From: Phyllosticta citribraziliensis
Taxonomy: Eukaryota
Assembly: GCF_038025025.1 (NCBI RefSeq)
Contig: NW_027117343.1
Location: forward strand, 1,240,001-1,304,000
Reading direction: 5' to 3'
DNA: 64,000 bases
Positions 11,808-24,924 of this stretch are shown piece after piece. The translations under genes and the position numbers were made by a program. The notes beneath the pieces were generated by a model. It saw nothing but the letters and a program-made list of their open reading frames with translations, searched no databases and was not told where the DNA came from. Each line of letters begins with the position of its first letter. Within the stretch, counting starts at the first letter, position 1.

Positions 11808-13526
11808 CTACGCAGCAACCTTGACGGAATCGACGTCGACGCTGTCGACCAAGCGCGTCAAGTCGGCGTCGCCGTCGCCCACCCAGCCGTCGAGGCCGCG
11901 GAAACCTTCTTCGACGACCCAGCGCTGACCGCCCGGGCGGAACAGGACCTCGCAGGCGGCGCCGACGACGAGGAGGCCCGGCGGCCGGCTGCCTTCTTCC
12001 TCGACGGCGGCCACCACGTCGCCCAGCGTGCTGCGGATGACGCGCTGGTCGGGGCAGCTGGCGCGCTCGAGCACCGCACAGGGTGTGGATGCTGGCCACG
12101 CCGCGGCGCTGCTACCCTCAGGAGGTTGAATGAGGCTGTCGATGAGCGCGGACAGCCGGTGCAGCGCCATGAGGAAGACGACGGTCTGGCTAGGGTTGTA
12201 CGAAGGCGGCGTCGGCGCGGCGCCCTTGCGCCCCGTGCCGGTGCAGATGAGGACTTGGTCGGCGACGCTGCGGTGGGTTGGCGGGATGGCGGCGAAGAGG
12301 GGCGCGGAGAGGGCGCTGGTGATGCCGGGCAGCACGACGGGTGCGTAGCCGTGGCGCGAGAAGAAGGCGTATTCCTCGGCGCCGCGGCCGTAGATGTATG
12401 GATCGCCTTGCTTGAGTCGGAGAACGATTTTGCCCGCTTGGACGCCAGCGAGACCGAGCGAGAGCAGTTCTTCTTGCGCCGCTTCGGCGTTGCCCGGGAA
12501 CTTGCGGGCGATGTGGACGGGTGTGCGGCGGGGGATGAGGGCGAGGATGGGCGCGGGCACAAGCTTATCGGCGAGGATGAGGTCTGCAGAGACAATGGCC
12601 TTGTGGGTTGCGCGCGTAAGGAGATCTGGGTGTCCGGGACCAGAGCCAGCCAGTATGATGCGCCCGCGCGTGCGCCGGGCGTCGATGGAGTTTGAATTTA
12701 TCGAGGACGAGTCGGAGTGCGTGTAGCTCTGGAGAACGGTTTCAACGTCTTCATCCGTAATGGATGCCAGGCGCTGCAACGGCCAGTATTCGCAAATCTG
12801 GGCGAGCCAGCGCATGCGCCGGCCTCGAGCTGCTTCGGCGTCCTCTGGAGTCACCAGCTTGTTGAATTGGGAATTTTGGCCTGCTTCGTCCTCTCCAGCC
12901 TCTGGGTCCATGGATAGCTCGGCAGCGTGGTCTTCCTCCCATATCCGCCTCCTCATGGTGCCGAGTCTTTCGACTGCTTGTCCAATATCGGTGGGGAGAG
13001 AAGAGGCAATCTCGCGGCGTATGCGCGAGGAGAGCTTGCAGCCCTTGCCCGACGTCGTCACGCCAATTTGCAGGGGGCCGTCCGAGTGTGTCGAGAGGAG
13101 CGTAAATGTACAAAGATTCGGTGCGTCGGCGACGTTGATTGGTATTCTCAGCCTCCGACAAAGAGTCGAGATGTGAGTGCCTGAACCTTGTTAGGCAACA
13201 TGTTGTCGCAAATCCAAGTCCAACGTACTCTGCGGATTCTTGCCACCTAATGTCACAAAGACGGCATCCACTACACCGTCGACGTCGTCTCTTCCCAGCG
13301 AAGTCAGGTCGCTGTCTTGAAAGTCCCTCTTGAGCCATTCGACCTCGCCATTTTCTATGCGCTTCAACAGGCCGTAGTGTAAGGTCGAGTTTTCGGGGGC
13401 AATGAGGATGGGCTTTGCGCCGACTTCAGCGGACTTGGAGCATCGGGCGCCGGCAAGCGGATTGGATCCAACAATCAAGTGGACGTGGGAAGTCGAGTCG
13501 ACGGCCGTGAGGAGGGCGGGCGCCAT
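11808..13526 (-). CDS. MET1: Siroheme synthase / uroporphyrinogen-III C-methyltransferase (Met8-like N-terminus plus SUMT domain), one intron ~13182-13229
   Basis: HLIVGSNPLAGARC, RLRIPINVADAPNLCTF, GPLQIGVTTSGKGCKL, IILAGSGPGHPDLLT, VLRLKQGDPYIYGRGAEE, VLPGITSALSAP, VVFLMALHRL, CAVLERASCPDQRV. Confidence 0.92.
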
Positions 13527-14223
13527 GAGTGGGAGTGTTTGCGGCGGGGCCACACAGGTCGAGGTGACAAAGAAGAATGGGGGGGGGGGGGGACAATGGC
13601 GAGTGTCAGGACGGGACAGGGTCAGTCCAAATAGTTTCTGGGGAGGAGAATCAGGAGATGTCAGTAGACGGAGGAGCGGGCAAAAAGACAAAGGACCATG
13701 GCGTGGCCGTAGATGCCGAATGACTGGCGGCGTAAAGTTTTGGGCGACGGCAGCGAATGAGCGATGGCGCAATTGCTTATCGATAGCAAATCTTGTTGCC
13801 GCGGAGGTCAGTGGCCGCGGAAAAGACCGACAGAGATAGGCACACCAACCCAACATGGCGGGGTCAGGGAACTCAGGGTTCGCTTCTGTTCTCCGCGGCC
13901 AAACCTGCTTGCTCTCCGCGAGGCTGAAGTCTGATGTGCGACCCGGGCCGTGGCTTTTGCTGGCCGTCAAGTTTTTTTCGACAACACCGCAAGCAGGTTC
14001 CGGTCTCGTCGCGTCACCTCACTCCTTGAATTCCTTGACAGGCAATGTCTCTGCTTCCATTCGGTATTAAGCTATCTAAATTGTCCATTCGTTTCGTAAC
14101 ATCAATCGACACTGCACGGCTCGCTAACTGCAGTACTATGGCATGCAAACTTGGAAGCGGCGCAAAAGTGGTATCATAGGCACGTGCAAAATCATCCAAC
14201 GTCCCGTCGGGCGGGCACTTGTT

Positions 14224-15122
14224 CTACGCGTAGCCGTCCTTGGGAGGGACGTCGGCGAAGCTGCCGCGACTGCGCGTGCTCGTCCTGCGGCGGACCCAGA
14301 AGCCGCGGTTGGCCGTCGTCGTCGTCTTGTCGCGGGGAGCTATGCAAAAGAGGACGGTCGACGTGAGGAAGCAGGCGACGGCGGCCCAGGTGAAGGCGTG
14401 GGCCTTGACGCCGAGCTTGGCCGACTGACCGTTGCCACGAAAGGCATCGCGGCCTTGCACAGTCCAGGCGCTACGAGGCAACTTAGTTGGCGGTATGCAC
14501 GGCAAAGGGAAGGATGGTCGTCTTACGTCATTAACGCCGCAGCGATCGTCTGGAAGAAGAGGGCCAGCGACGTGTTGAAGCCCGAGATGTATCCGCCCAG
14601 TCGGCTGCACATGGCAAGCAGTCCGGTGAAGAGGGCCAGCGCCGCGAAGACAATGGCCATGAGGTAAAAGGCAAACATGAAGCGCGAGAGGTAGTAGTAG
14701 TGGTGCGTGCTGCATTCGGACGTTAGCGCGAGACCATTTTCGACAAGGAACAAACTGACCCGTAAAACTTTTCGGGCAGGCCCTCGCGGGTGCCAAAGTT
14801 GCGAGGAGGGTCAAAGGGCAGCGCAGGGACGGGCGCACCGCAGTTGGTGTTGCGACCCGTGTTGGAGTCGACGCCGCAAATGGCCCAAAAGGTCCATCGC
14901 GAAGGGTCGCGAGGCGAGTTTGCGACGCCCGAGGTGGAGGCCTGCAGGAACCAAATCTGGTTCTCAGGGTCGCCAGAGACACCGCCCGACAGGATGACGA
15001 GGAACTGCATGACGATGCCTCCGGCGAGGATGAGCTGGCCCAGCAGGCCGAGGACAGGTCCTGTGGGGAATGTCAGTATGGACCCTGCAGCGGAGAAAAG
15101 AAGGCGACTTACTGGCTACCAT
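14224..15122 (-). CDS. SUR7/PalI-family four-TM membrane protein (multi-exon; first intron 15061-15112)
   Basis: TM1 LILAGGIVMQFLVILSGG, extracellular loop SRWTFWAICGVD...NC...FDPPRNFG, YYYLSRFMFAFYLMAIVF, GRDAFRGNGQSAKLGVKAHAFTWAAVAC. Canonical GT-AG introns. Confidence 0.85.
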
Positions 15123-15599
15123 GGCGCTACAGAATATGTGCGTGATGGATTGCAGGAGGGGAGGGAGCAGAGCAGAGCAGAGCAGGAGCAGGAGCAGGGA
15201 ATCAGTCCAGGGTCAAGGGAACGGGCGCGTTGGTAGTATTTGAAGAGGCTGGCGGCGACGGTCGAGTGACGTCTGTGTGAGCGCCATGGCATGGCGACTG
15301 ACTGCGGTGGGACTTGACTGGGCCCGAAGAATGCAGGCCACGTGCAATGAGTTGGGTTGGATGCGGTGACAGAGAACAGAAGAAACGATTGAACAAAAGA
15401 AGCAAAGATGCAACCAGTGACGACACACCCTTGCCGTCGATCCCAGGCCAAGCTTCCGCTTCCGCTTTCGACAGGTCGGGGCCTCCATGTTCACTTCACA
15501 TCCAAGACTCCACCACAGACGTCTCCACTCTCCACTCTCCACTCTTCACCCTCAGCACCCTCTCTCTCCATTCCTCGCCACCACGGCACCTCTCTCCCA

Positions 15600-16745
15600 A
15601 TGGCCACCACCGTCTGGCCGCCCATCGCCCCCGACCAGCTCGCCCGCCAAGAAGATGCCGCCCAGGCCCGCGAGCTCCAATGGCTGCTGTCGTCGCTGCG
15701 CGACACGCTCAAGGTGCTCAAGGCCGGCCTGGAAGAGTGCGCCGCCCTGCTGGCGCCCTCGGAGAATGGATCGACGCTAGTCGTTTCCACGGTGCGATCC
15801 GAAAGCCTCAAGGGCTTCGTGACGCGCGTGGGCGCTCGCATCGTCAAGGGCGTACGTCTGTGGCTTTTTCGCGACCTCGTTACTACCACCACCACACATC
15901 CAGACTCTCCTTCTAACCCAGCTCTTTCCTCCGTCCAGGACATCAAGCTGCGCTTGCCCAGCCTGCCTCCGCCGCGCGGCGCCGCCAGCTACCCGCTTTC
16001 GATATCCCAAGCCCCCGAAGCCCCGACCCTGGTCGTCCACCAGTTGACGGCTGCCCGCACCCACATCAACTCGTGCTTGGACGTCATCGACGTGACGACC
16101 TGGACCGGCGACGCCAGAAATGCAAACTTCATCTCGGGCCAGCTTGGTCTGTTGTATGACAACATTGAGGAGGCCCGCCAGGCGCTGCGCGGCGCTCCAG
16201 AGGTGCGCCCGCAGTGGTGGAACTGCCCTGTTGATGAGAAGGTGAGTGTCTTTCCAATTCTTCAATCCTTCACGTCGAACTCATCCTCCAAACAGATCTT
16301 CGACCCTCCTCTCCCCGCCGACCTGTCCTTCCACATCTACCTACAAGACGCCGCCATAATCCTCGAACTGCGCACCCTCGAACCCTTTGACGCAACCTCG
16401 TCCGACTCGACCTCCATCTTCGGCATCCGTCGCGCCATTGCCGGCGCCCTGGGCGTCTCGTCGTCCCCCGTCCACGACGAGGCCGACAAGGTGTTTGACT
16501 ACGGGCCCCTCCCCGTGCGGCCAAGCTCCAACGCCAGCAACGACAACGAAGGAGAGCGCGATGCTAGACCGCCCAAGATGGTCACGAGGCAGGCCAAGGT
16601 CCGCGAAAAGGTCCGCGTCGAGAGTCAGGATCCCAACTTGATCGCCGCAACGGCCAAGCTGAATGCCCTCGAGCACCACCTGGCGCTCAGTCGCAAGGCG
16701 CTCGACATTGTCATGGGCAGGGAGCCCGAGGACGAGGCTGCATGA
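15600..16745 (+). CDS. RAV2: RAVE complex subunit 2 / Rogdi family protein (in-frame introns ~15852-15938 and ~16242-16295)
   Basis: ARELQWLLSSLRDTL...GLEECAALLAP...STLVVS...LKGFVTRVG, FDPPLPADLSFHIYLQDAAIILELRTL, VREKVRVESQDPNLIAATAKLNALEH. These match the Rogdi_lz family. Confidence 0.82.
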   Translation: MATTVWPPIAPDQLARQEDAAQARELQWLLSSLRDTLKVLKAGLEECAALLAPSENGSTLVVSTVRSESLKGFVTRVGARIVKGVRLWLFRDLVTTTTTHPDSPSNPALSSVQDIKLRLPSLPPPRGAASYPLSISQAPEAPTLVVHQLTAARTHINSCLDVIDVTTWTGDARNANFISGQLGLLYDNIEEARQALRGAPEVRPQWWNCPVDEKVSVFPILQSFTSNSSSKQIFDPPLPADLSFHIYLQDAAIILELRTLEPFDATSSDSTSIFGIRRAIAGALGVSSSPVHDEADKVFDYGPLPVRPSSNASNDNEGERDARPPKMVTRQAKVREKVRVESQDPNLIAATAKLNALEHHLALSRKALDIVMGREPEDEAA

Positions 16746-17666
16746 GTAGATAAGGTAGCTGCGGGACTTGCATGGTAAGTCGAGCATCGTGAATATGCCT
16801 GTTTACTTGGGCGGCAGATCTGTTGTTGTAAATGCGCTGCTGCACAAAAATCAGGGGTTGATTTTTTGGATCTTTCGGCCGCGAGTCAGGCGGGGCAACG
16901 GGTTGCATCTTTGGCGTTCAGATCGGACGGAGGCACGGCGCACGGAGTACGGAGTCTGATGATTACACGATACACGATTTACCACATGGCGTAGTTATCC
17001 TCGGAAATGCAGTTAATTGGATCAGACGCGTTTCTTTCGTCCCAGCTCGCCGCCTTCATTGCCTGTGATCAAGTCGCAAAGGGCTGCACTCAACAAGCAG
17101 ACTTCTCACCATCTGTCAATGACTCTCTACCAGGCAGACTCGGGCTGTCACCCTATACCCACACACCGACCCATCCACTCACTACCTCACTACCTCACCC
17201 ATTCAACAGCAGATTGTGCTCAAGACTCGATCTATGATGTATTCATACATTCACTCATTCACAATGAAGTCAGGGGCAGGGGCAGGGGCAGGGGGAAGGG
17301 AGGAGGACGAGTAGTTGAATGATAGAAATGAAAGAGATGAAATGAGCAAAGGAAGAAAATCAAAGCAAAAGTTGATGTAGAAATGGAAACAAGACAGCCA
17401 GCCAGCCACTTCGCCTCATCCCATGCATGCCCTGCCTGTCCATTCGACCACCCAACCCGTTAATCGCATCATCGGTCGAAATACCACCCCCTGACCAGTC
17501 CCATCCACCATGACTGTAACCAGATTCCACCAAAGGTCACCCGTTACGCCCATCCCCGCAAGGAATGGAGAAAAGCAAGAGAGGGAAAGAGAGAGAGGAG
17601 AGAAAGAAATAAAGAAAGAAACAAACAGAGCCACCTGAATCGCCACCCCGTCACCAGACAGACCAC

Positions 17667-20600
17667 CTACTCGAACCTGCTCAGCAGCGAGCGCGTCGAG
17701 TTGGGCTTCATCTCGAGCGTCACTTCTTCTTCTCCTTCTCCCTCCTGCTGCTGCTCCTCCTCCACCACCTCGCCCTCCTCCCTCTCGTCTTCTTCAGTTG
17801 CGCGTCGAGTTGGCTCCTCATGTTGCGTCGGAGCCTGCGTCAAAAGCGGAGACGGAGACTCGACATTCGGTTCCGCCGCAGGAGCAGGCGTAGGCTGCTC
17901 AGGCTGGGGAGTCGGCTGGCTTTGGGTTGCAGAAGTAGTAGTGGTCGCCGCCGAAGCTGCGTCCTTCCTATCAGCAATCTCCTTCTGCTTCGCCCTCAAC
18001 TGTGCAATGTAATTCTGACGTCCAAGACCGGGAGCCTGGGTTGCAGCGCTAGCCGTGTTGTTTCGATTGGCGGCTGACGGCACTGGATCCACGCTCCGCG
18101 AGCTCAGCTCTTGCTGGCGATCAAGAACAGTGGGAGGCGGAGGCGGAGGCGCAGCCACAGCCGCAGCCGTAGCCGAAGTCGTCGCCGCGCTTGAGCTTCC
18201 AATAGACTCTCCAGTCTGCGTCTGCGTCGGTGGCGTGGCTCTCTGGCCCAAGGGAGTAAAGCCCGGGAGTCTGCTGGAATCGGGACTCGGTGATGGTGAC
18301 CTTGAAGTCTGGCTTTGCGGAGGCGAAAGCAGCGACGATGGTGGACCCATTGGCGGAACCGGGGGTACAGCTGAGTCGAAGCCATCACCAACAATGGTGA
18401 CTGGCGACGAGGAATCCGCTGTAGTAATTGTCTCTGTAAGGACTTCGTGAATGGTGCCTGGTGATGCGGCCGGTCTGGCCGTCTCACTCCAACGCGGACG
18501 CGTGTCTTTCTTTGGATTCATCGACTGCGGATCGATTCCGACGATTGGTGCGTCCGGAGGTCCAGCCTGGAAGTTGATCGATGAGCTATCAAGGCGTTGT
18601 CCCAAAGGCAGTCCACTGGGGAGAGATCCAGTGCCCGATGAAGCTCTCATCGATTTTGGCTTGCTGTTTGGACCACCTGGAATCAACACGTCGAGCAGCT
18701 GTTGCTGCGGCATCGTAGTTACTGTGCCGGTGCTGCTCCTTGAATTGCCCCGGACCATGGGCGATCCAAATTCAGAGGAGCTCAAGGTTGGAGAGAGCAC
18801 TTCGCGCAGGTACTCGATATCTCGCGTATCGGTAGCACCCGTTTGGGACAACTTTGCTGAATTCTGACCAACACTGGAGGATGCGGCTCGTCCAGTCGTG
18901 GGTTGGGTCATTCTCGGAGTTGAAATTGATGGACTTAGGAATTGAAGACCACCGAGCTGGCGATTAGAGGATGGAGAAAAGGTTTCAGGGCTTGACTTGT
19001 TCCAAGCAACATCTTCCGAAAGAGCCGGTGATTTTTCAAACCCAAGGACATCGGCAAGGTATGCCTTTTCGGCGATGGTTGAAGGCTTGGTCAGCGATGG
19101 GGAGTCCTGGACCGGTGACAACGTGGGAGTTCTGGTGTCTGCAACATTCTTCGACCTGATTGGCATGGAACCTCCAATGTTCAGCTTGTCACCGTCTCCG
19201 TCATTCTTGGTACTGCCATTGGTAGAGGGTTCGTCGGGGTTCGTCTTGGAGGAAAGCGGAAGCTCTGTTTGCGAAGTCTTCTCATCAAAACTCTCCTGCC
19301 CACCTGGCGAGGTGTTCTCCTTCGACTCTTGTGGCTTGGTCTCCTTGACGTCAAGAGACATCAAGTCCTCCTTCGTCTTCGCCTCATCACTCTTGACAAA
19401 GTCCTCGTAAGAGACAGGCTCCGTGGGCATGTTCGAGACGTCCTTGAGCGTATCTTTGTAAGGCTGCTGGCTTGCGCTGGGGACATCGCCAAACAAATCC
19501 AAAAGGTCCTGGTTGTGCTTGCGCTCTCCGTGCATCAGAACCTTGTCCTCCTCAGTCATCTCATCTGCTGTGAGGATAGGAATTTTCGCCTTCTTTGCGC
19601 GTTGACCGGTCGGCTGTTGAGCGGTAAAGTCAGGCATCATGGAGTCGCCTAGGGCAATTTTGCCCAGTATGTGCGAGAAAATCCATGGGAAGCTCATCAG
19701 AGGCATTTCGACGGGATCAGTCGTCTGCTCTGCCAGTGATACGGCATGTTCGATCTGTTGGGCCGTGACCACATACATGGCTGCGACGAAGGGGGCAAGA
19801 CTCTTAAAGTCTTTACCACCAGCTTCCTCGATGCAGATGTTCTGGAAGCGCTCTTTCAGTGCAGAGCTGATGCGACCAAATTCTTCCGCCATCTGATAGT
19901 CGCGGCTTGAGTTGTTGTGATCAAGGATGAAGACACTCCAGACTTCAAATTCGGTGCCAATGCCATGTTGCGCCATGATACGGTGCACGGCTGTGTCGTA
20001 GCTCTGCTTGATATCCGCCACTCGGATCAGCGTTTGCTCAGAATGAGTGTAGGCACTCAACACGCGCGGGTCAAATGGGGCATCAAAGGCCGGTTGGAAA
20101 TTGACCTTCTGGACCTGATCAAAGAGCTGGCCCAAAATCTTTCCGGAGTGGTAAGTCTTGTCCGCAGTTCGGAACTTGCTGGGCATGAAGTGGGGATATC
20201 TTTTCGCTTTCAGGTCTTTGGACATACGAGCAGGAATGCCCGATTTCGGGTAGTCCACTGCAGTGGAATGAAGTTGGGCAAGTGTCAAACATCTTTCGCT
20301 CATAACACCCTCTTCTTCCGAATCAGCGAGGGCAAGATGATTTGTGGCGATGCGCCCGAGACTGTCATTCTTGATGTACTCCACAAAGAAACGAGCAACA
20401 TCCTCCATGCGGACATCGTCCACCAACGTCTTTGCCGGGGGCGTAAAGTCCATGGGCTCGCATCCGTGAGGGGGAACCAGAGATTTGTCCCAAATGACCA
20501 CATAGTCGTCACCATCAAGGTCGCCTCCGGAACACATGTTTGGGAGATCTCGGTCGCCGGTTTGAGGGAAGACCAGGACATTTTTCAAGTGGTGCAGTGC

Positions 20601-22707
20601 AGGAACATTGACCGCGCGCACAATGCGAATATCACCCGGATGCAGCGACGGGTTGCGCGCCACGATGCAGACGCCCTCAACTACCTTGTAGTGGCCTTGC
20701 TTGTCTGCATCGGATACCTGGACAAAAATCTCTGGAAGGGTGCGCTTGTGGTTGAAGTGGCCCTTGAGAGTCGCAGTCTCGTCGACACAACCAAGCAAGA
20801 AGGCTCCGTCCTTGATGAAGATCTTTGCCTTCTCTTTGAGATACTTGGTATTCCAGCTCCTCCATAGCCGCAGAACGGACATTGTGAATGGGTCGTTGGC
20901 TGCCATGAATCCACTTGCGATCATGTCGGCAAGCGTAAGGGTCATCATGTTGAAGTCAATGTTCTTGTGCAGAAGATCTTGGGCGAGAACTTCGTCGTCC
21001 ATGGCCTTTGTCAAGTCCGACAATTGCTCGCTCTGTCTCTTGATGAAAGCGGCGCCACGCACTCCGAGTGACTCAAGCACAATGATGAGCTGCCGATTGA
21101 GTGTAGCAGGCGCATATTGTGACCACCGAATGACTTCCAGACCCTCGTTTGCCGAATCGAATTTCCGTTGAGACCTGCGCACGCGGACCTCGCCACTTTT
21201 GAGGCGCGGGTCGATGACAAGGACACCTTTGCAACCTCCAAGGCGGAACTGGAACAACGAGGGTGGATCCTCAGCGGCGAATGGCAGGCCAAAGTCTTCT
21301 GCGATATGCTTCGCCACCGAAATTGACAATCTGCCTACTCCGTCCGTGAAGGTGTATCCATTCCGCTCAATGTCTTCTTCACCCGTAACTTGCACGTCGA
21401 TGTCTTGGACGGCTCTGGTTGTCGAAAAGCACTGGCCCATTCTGGCAGCGTACCTTGCCACCTCGTGGATGTTGCCGAAGTGTCCCATTTCCTCCCGGAT
21501 GATTGAAGGCGTCATGATATCATCGGGATTTGGGGCATCTCCCAAGGGAGCAAAAAAGTACGCACCGTGCTCGCGGAATTGAGAGTTTCCAAAAGCAAGA
21601 AACTGGTACGAACGGCCGCCGATGTTGATTCCGTTGCGCAAAGTCCGCCAGATTCTGCTGTAAATCTCGTTTTCGGTCTCGCCCTCAGTGCCGTGGATCT
21701 TGCCCTCGTGCTTTTCGTCACTGAATCTGACACGAAGGAAGCGGTCTTGCCACGGAGCATAGTCGCGAATGACACGGTTGGATATTTCAACGCTTGGCGT
21801 GGAAAGGTAGACGGCTGAAGGCGTAATGGTAGCCGATCGGGAGTAAGCGCAGTACCGTGGGATCGTCCTCTCGGCTGGCTTTCGGCCCAGAGGAAGGTTG
21901 AAAATGTCCATCGGATCAAAGAAGTGGATATTGGCATTTTCGGCGGCCTTTTCCAAGATGTTTGTCGCGCGGTTCGGATCCATGCCAGCAAGATGCTCCA
22001 TAAAGGCACGAGTAATGTTGTACTCGTTGAGAATGCCATTCGAGAGGCATACTTCGAGCTGGTAGCGAACTGGGAATTCCAGATGGATAGGTCGCTGGAA
22101 CAAGCCTTTCGGGTAGGCCATGGAGGTCGGTGAATTCTCCCGATCAGTATCCAACATTTCCCAGAATTGGCACGGCTGCCTTGATATCGTGGTCACGATT
22201 TTGTTCTCGTTGAATTTGATGTTCCAGTCGATCAGCGCTTGGCGCATGGTGTTGAATTTGTGGCCATTGGTCCCCACAAGATCAAACTCCAGGCGGAGGA
22301 CGGTCCACCGGCCAATGTCGACGACGGGGTCTCTCTTTCTCAAAGCAATTGGAGATGTTTTGAGAAAGCTCCGGTTGTTGGTAACGTCAGTCTCACGGTA
22401 CCACGTCTGGTTTTCATTCCAAAGCGTCTGCTCGGGCTTGTGGGTTGTGTTGGCATCCACCTTGCGGAAACACAGAGGAGGAAGTGGAAGGGGTATCGTC
22501 CAGATTTTTTGAGTGATCCTCTGAATTCCAACGCCAGGTCCTCCGGTCTCTTCAAAGACCTCGTCCATTTGTGACAGCGAAAGCCTGAAGCGGAACTCCT
22601 GGTCCACGTTTTCCATTCTCTTGTCGTTCCACATGGTCATCCAGAAGCGAATGTTTATCTCACGTCGCTGGAGGTTGACGAATACCCGAATGTCTCTGTT
22701 GTTGTTG

Positions 22708-22738
<31 letters not shown>

Positions 22739-23473
22739 TGCCGCGACCGCCGCCACCGGCATTGATCTCCTTCATGGTCATCATCTCCGATCCCGAGTAC
22801 ATGAAACCGAATTGTAGTTTTCGAGAGCTGACATTCTGTGTATCTCAGTCAGCCTTGGCCAGCGTGCATGTGAGGTATGTTGGGCAGCATGATGGACTCT
22901 GGTGCGAGCTAGAGGCGCTCTTGCCGCGACATGCATGGGTTTAGCAGGAAATTTGAGATTGGAGGCCCACAACAAGAGGCTCAGCTGGAAGGAGGTATCG
23001 GATCGGAAGTTGAGGAGGTTGAAAGTCGGTGGCTACGTGGGGAGGTTTAAAGGTGACTTACCATTACTTCTGGGTACCGTTTCCGTGCATCGCCCGGGCT
23101 TTGAATCGTAAACTGTCTTGGGGGGCCCAGCAAGTCGATTCGAAGCTTCTTGGATACGCCGCTCTGATCCGCCATCCAACACTCAGATTCCCAGAAGGGC
23201 AAACCTGGGGCAGGACTGGAGCAAGTTAGCGCATGCCGAGAATGATCTGGTATTTACTTACCTGAATGAGACGTATGCCTGCGACTGATTGGCCGAGAAG
23301 GGCTTGATTTCGATTCTGATGATCTCGCCCTTGTCTGCGAAGTAGTTGTAGAGGTCCAGGGTCGACACGTTGGGCGGGAGGCCCATGACTTTGACCTTGA
23401 CCTCACTCCAATACTTCCAATCCGTGCGGCCAGTCATGACTCGCCGCGGATGCGGACTTGAAGAGCTGGACAT
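17667..23473 (-). CDS. Eukaryotic RNA-dependent RNA polymerase (RNAi/MSUD type, probably SAD-1/Rdp1-like); 3 exons, introns ~23213-23261 and ~22835-23061
   Basis: Catalytic CSGGDLDGDDY, plus FLRVRFSDE, YQFLAFGNSQFREHGAYFF, RMGQCFSTT, FTDGVGR, FQFRLGGCKGVL, VARNPSLHPGDIR and LAQLHSTAVDYPKSG. There is an N-terminal RRM-like exon (VKVKVMGLPPNVSTLDLYNYFADKGEIIRIEI). The start codon is uncertain. Confidence 0.93.
22698..22741 (-). repeat. Coding trinucleotide microsatellite (AGC)n(AAC)n giving poly-Ser/poly-Asn in the RdRP
   Basis: (gtt)n followed by (gct)n on the + strand; the translation is SSSSSSSSNNNNNN. Confidence 0.9.
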
Positions 23474-24924
23474 GTCGCTACTGGCAGAGGCGCTTGAGCG
23501 ACTCCAATGAAGTGAGGAGCTGGATGATGGAGGTGTGAGGTTGTTGTGAGGTTGGCTGGAAGGTCGACGGGGTTCTGGACAGGGTGTTTGACCGTCAGCA
23601 AGTTTCCAGGCGGTGGAAGATGTTGGCGGCGGTTGGGTGCGGCGGAAAGAACAATTTGTAGGCAAAGGCGCAGTCGCAGAGGCAACTGCGTGATGGGAAG
23701 CTGCAGGCGCGTGTGGCCGTCGTCGTGGCCGTGCGCTTAGCACTTGACGAGGCCACGGACCTCAGGCTGAAGGCCACATGCTTGTTGAACGGCGTCTTCA
23801 TGTGCTTGAGATGTCCGGGTTGCCGGTGAGGGGAGAGAGGAGGTCGGTGTTGAGGGCTGGGAGCTGTGCGGAGTCTTTGACCACCTGTCTGGGTGCATCA
23901 GACGGGACGCAAGTGGAAAGCGCAGCCAGGGCCCCATCACGACCCCATTCATGTCTCTACACACCCTCACCGAAGGCATCAAACGCCTCAAAAGCATCAG
24001 ATGCAGCCCCCCCAACATCCTGAGGCCCCAGCCAAGGAAGGCCACGGGATGCAGCGTGCAATCGCCTTCAGCAGCATCATCCAGTCTCTTGCGCTCACCT
24101 ACCTTTGACATGCTCGACCCGGAACTTCTCGTCCTCCCTCCTTAGTGGTCGTCCACGTGGAACGCTCCCACTAAGGTGGCGCGCTTTGGACGTTGAAAGT
24201 CTTACGCCGCGAAAGCTCCTCGGATCGACTTCATAGCCAGCCATCTCGCTGAACGGGCAACTGCCACTGCTTCTAAGCCATCATCAGCACCTTTTCCCAT
24301 GTTCAGTGAGTGGCATACTTTGCTTCGCGTCTGAAGGCCCTTCGTCTCCTCTCAAGTCTTCGATGAATCGATGAATCGAAAGCACCGAGCACTCTTGAAT
24401 ACTGGATTTCCAAAATCCCTTGGCAAAGCCAAATGACCGGGCCACGCACTAGCTCAGTCCAAGGGGTTAAGAGACACACAGGCGGGCGCGTGCGACTGGC
24501 GTTGGACAATTGAAGCTGTTTGACCGGGCCCCGGTGTCCGCTAGACGTCGTTTGCTTCGGAACCGGGTTTCCCTCTGCTTTGAAAGATCGTTGGCACAAA
24601 CGCGCCGCTTGCCAAGCTAAATACATCTCCAGCAACACGGTTCGCGTGGGGCTCTGCCATGCAACTATCCGGCGGCGTGGAATGAAGCCCAGCTGCCGCG
24701 ATTGCGTTTCTTGAATGTGTGACTGGTCACAAGAAATCGGCGAAAAGAAAAACAGCAGGATGGGTCTGGGCTGATGAAAATTGGACCTTTCTCACCTCTA
24801 CCCCTACCCGTTTCAAGTAATGCTTGCAATCAGTCCTTTCTATTTGAGGGTATCAGCGGCCGTGGTCCAAAAAATCTCAAGCTTGCCAAATCTTGAGCCA
24901 GAAGAAATCACCGAGCGACCAGTC

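Noticed and set aside
23737..24111. 124-aa ATG-initiated ORF upstream of the RdRP as an extra exon
   Set aside because: The most obvious splice join is out of frame with the RdRP and the sequence has no recognisable homology. At most it is a uORF.
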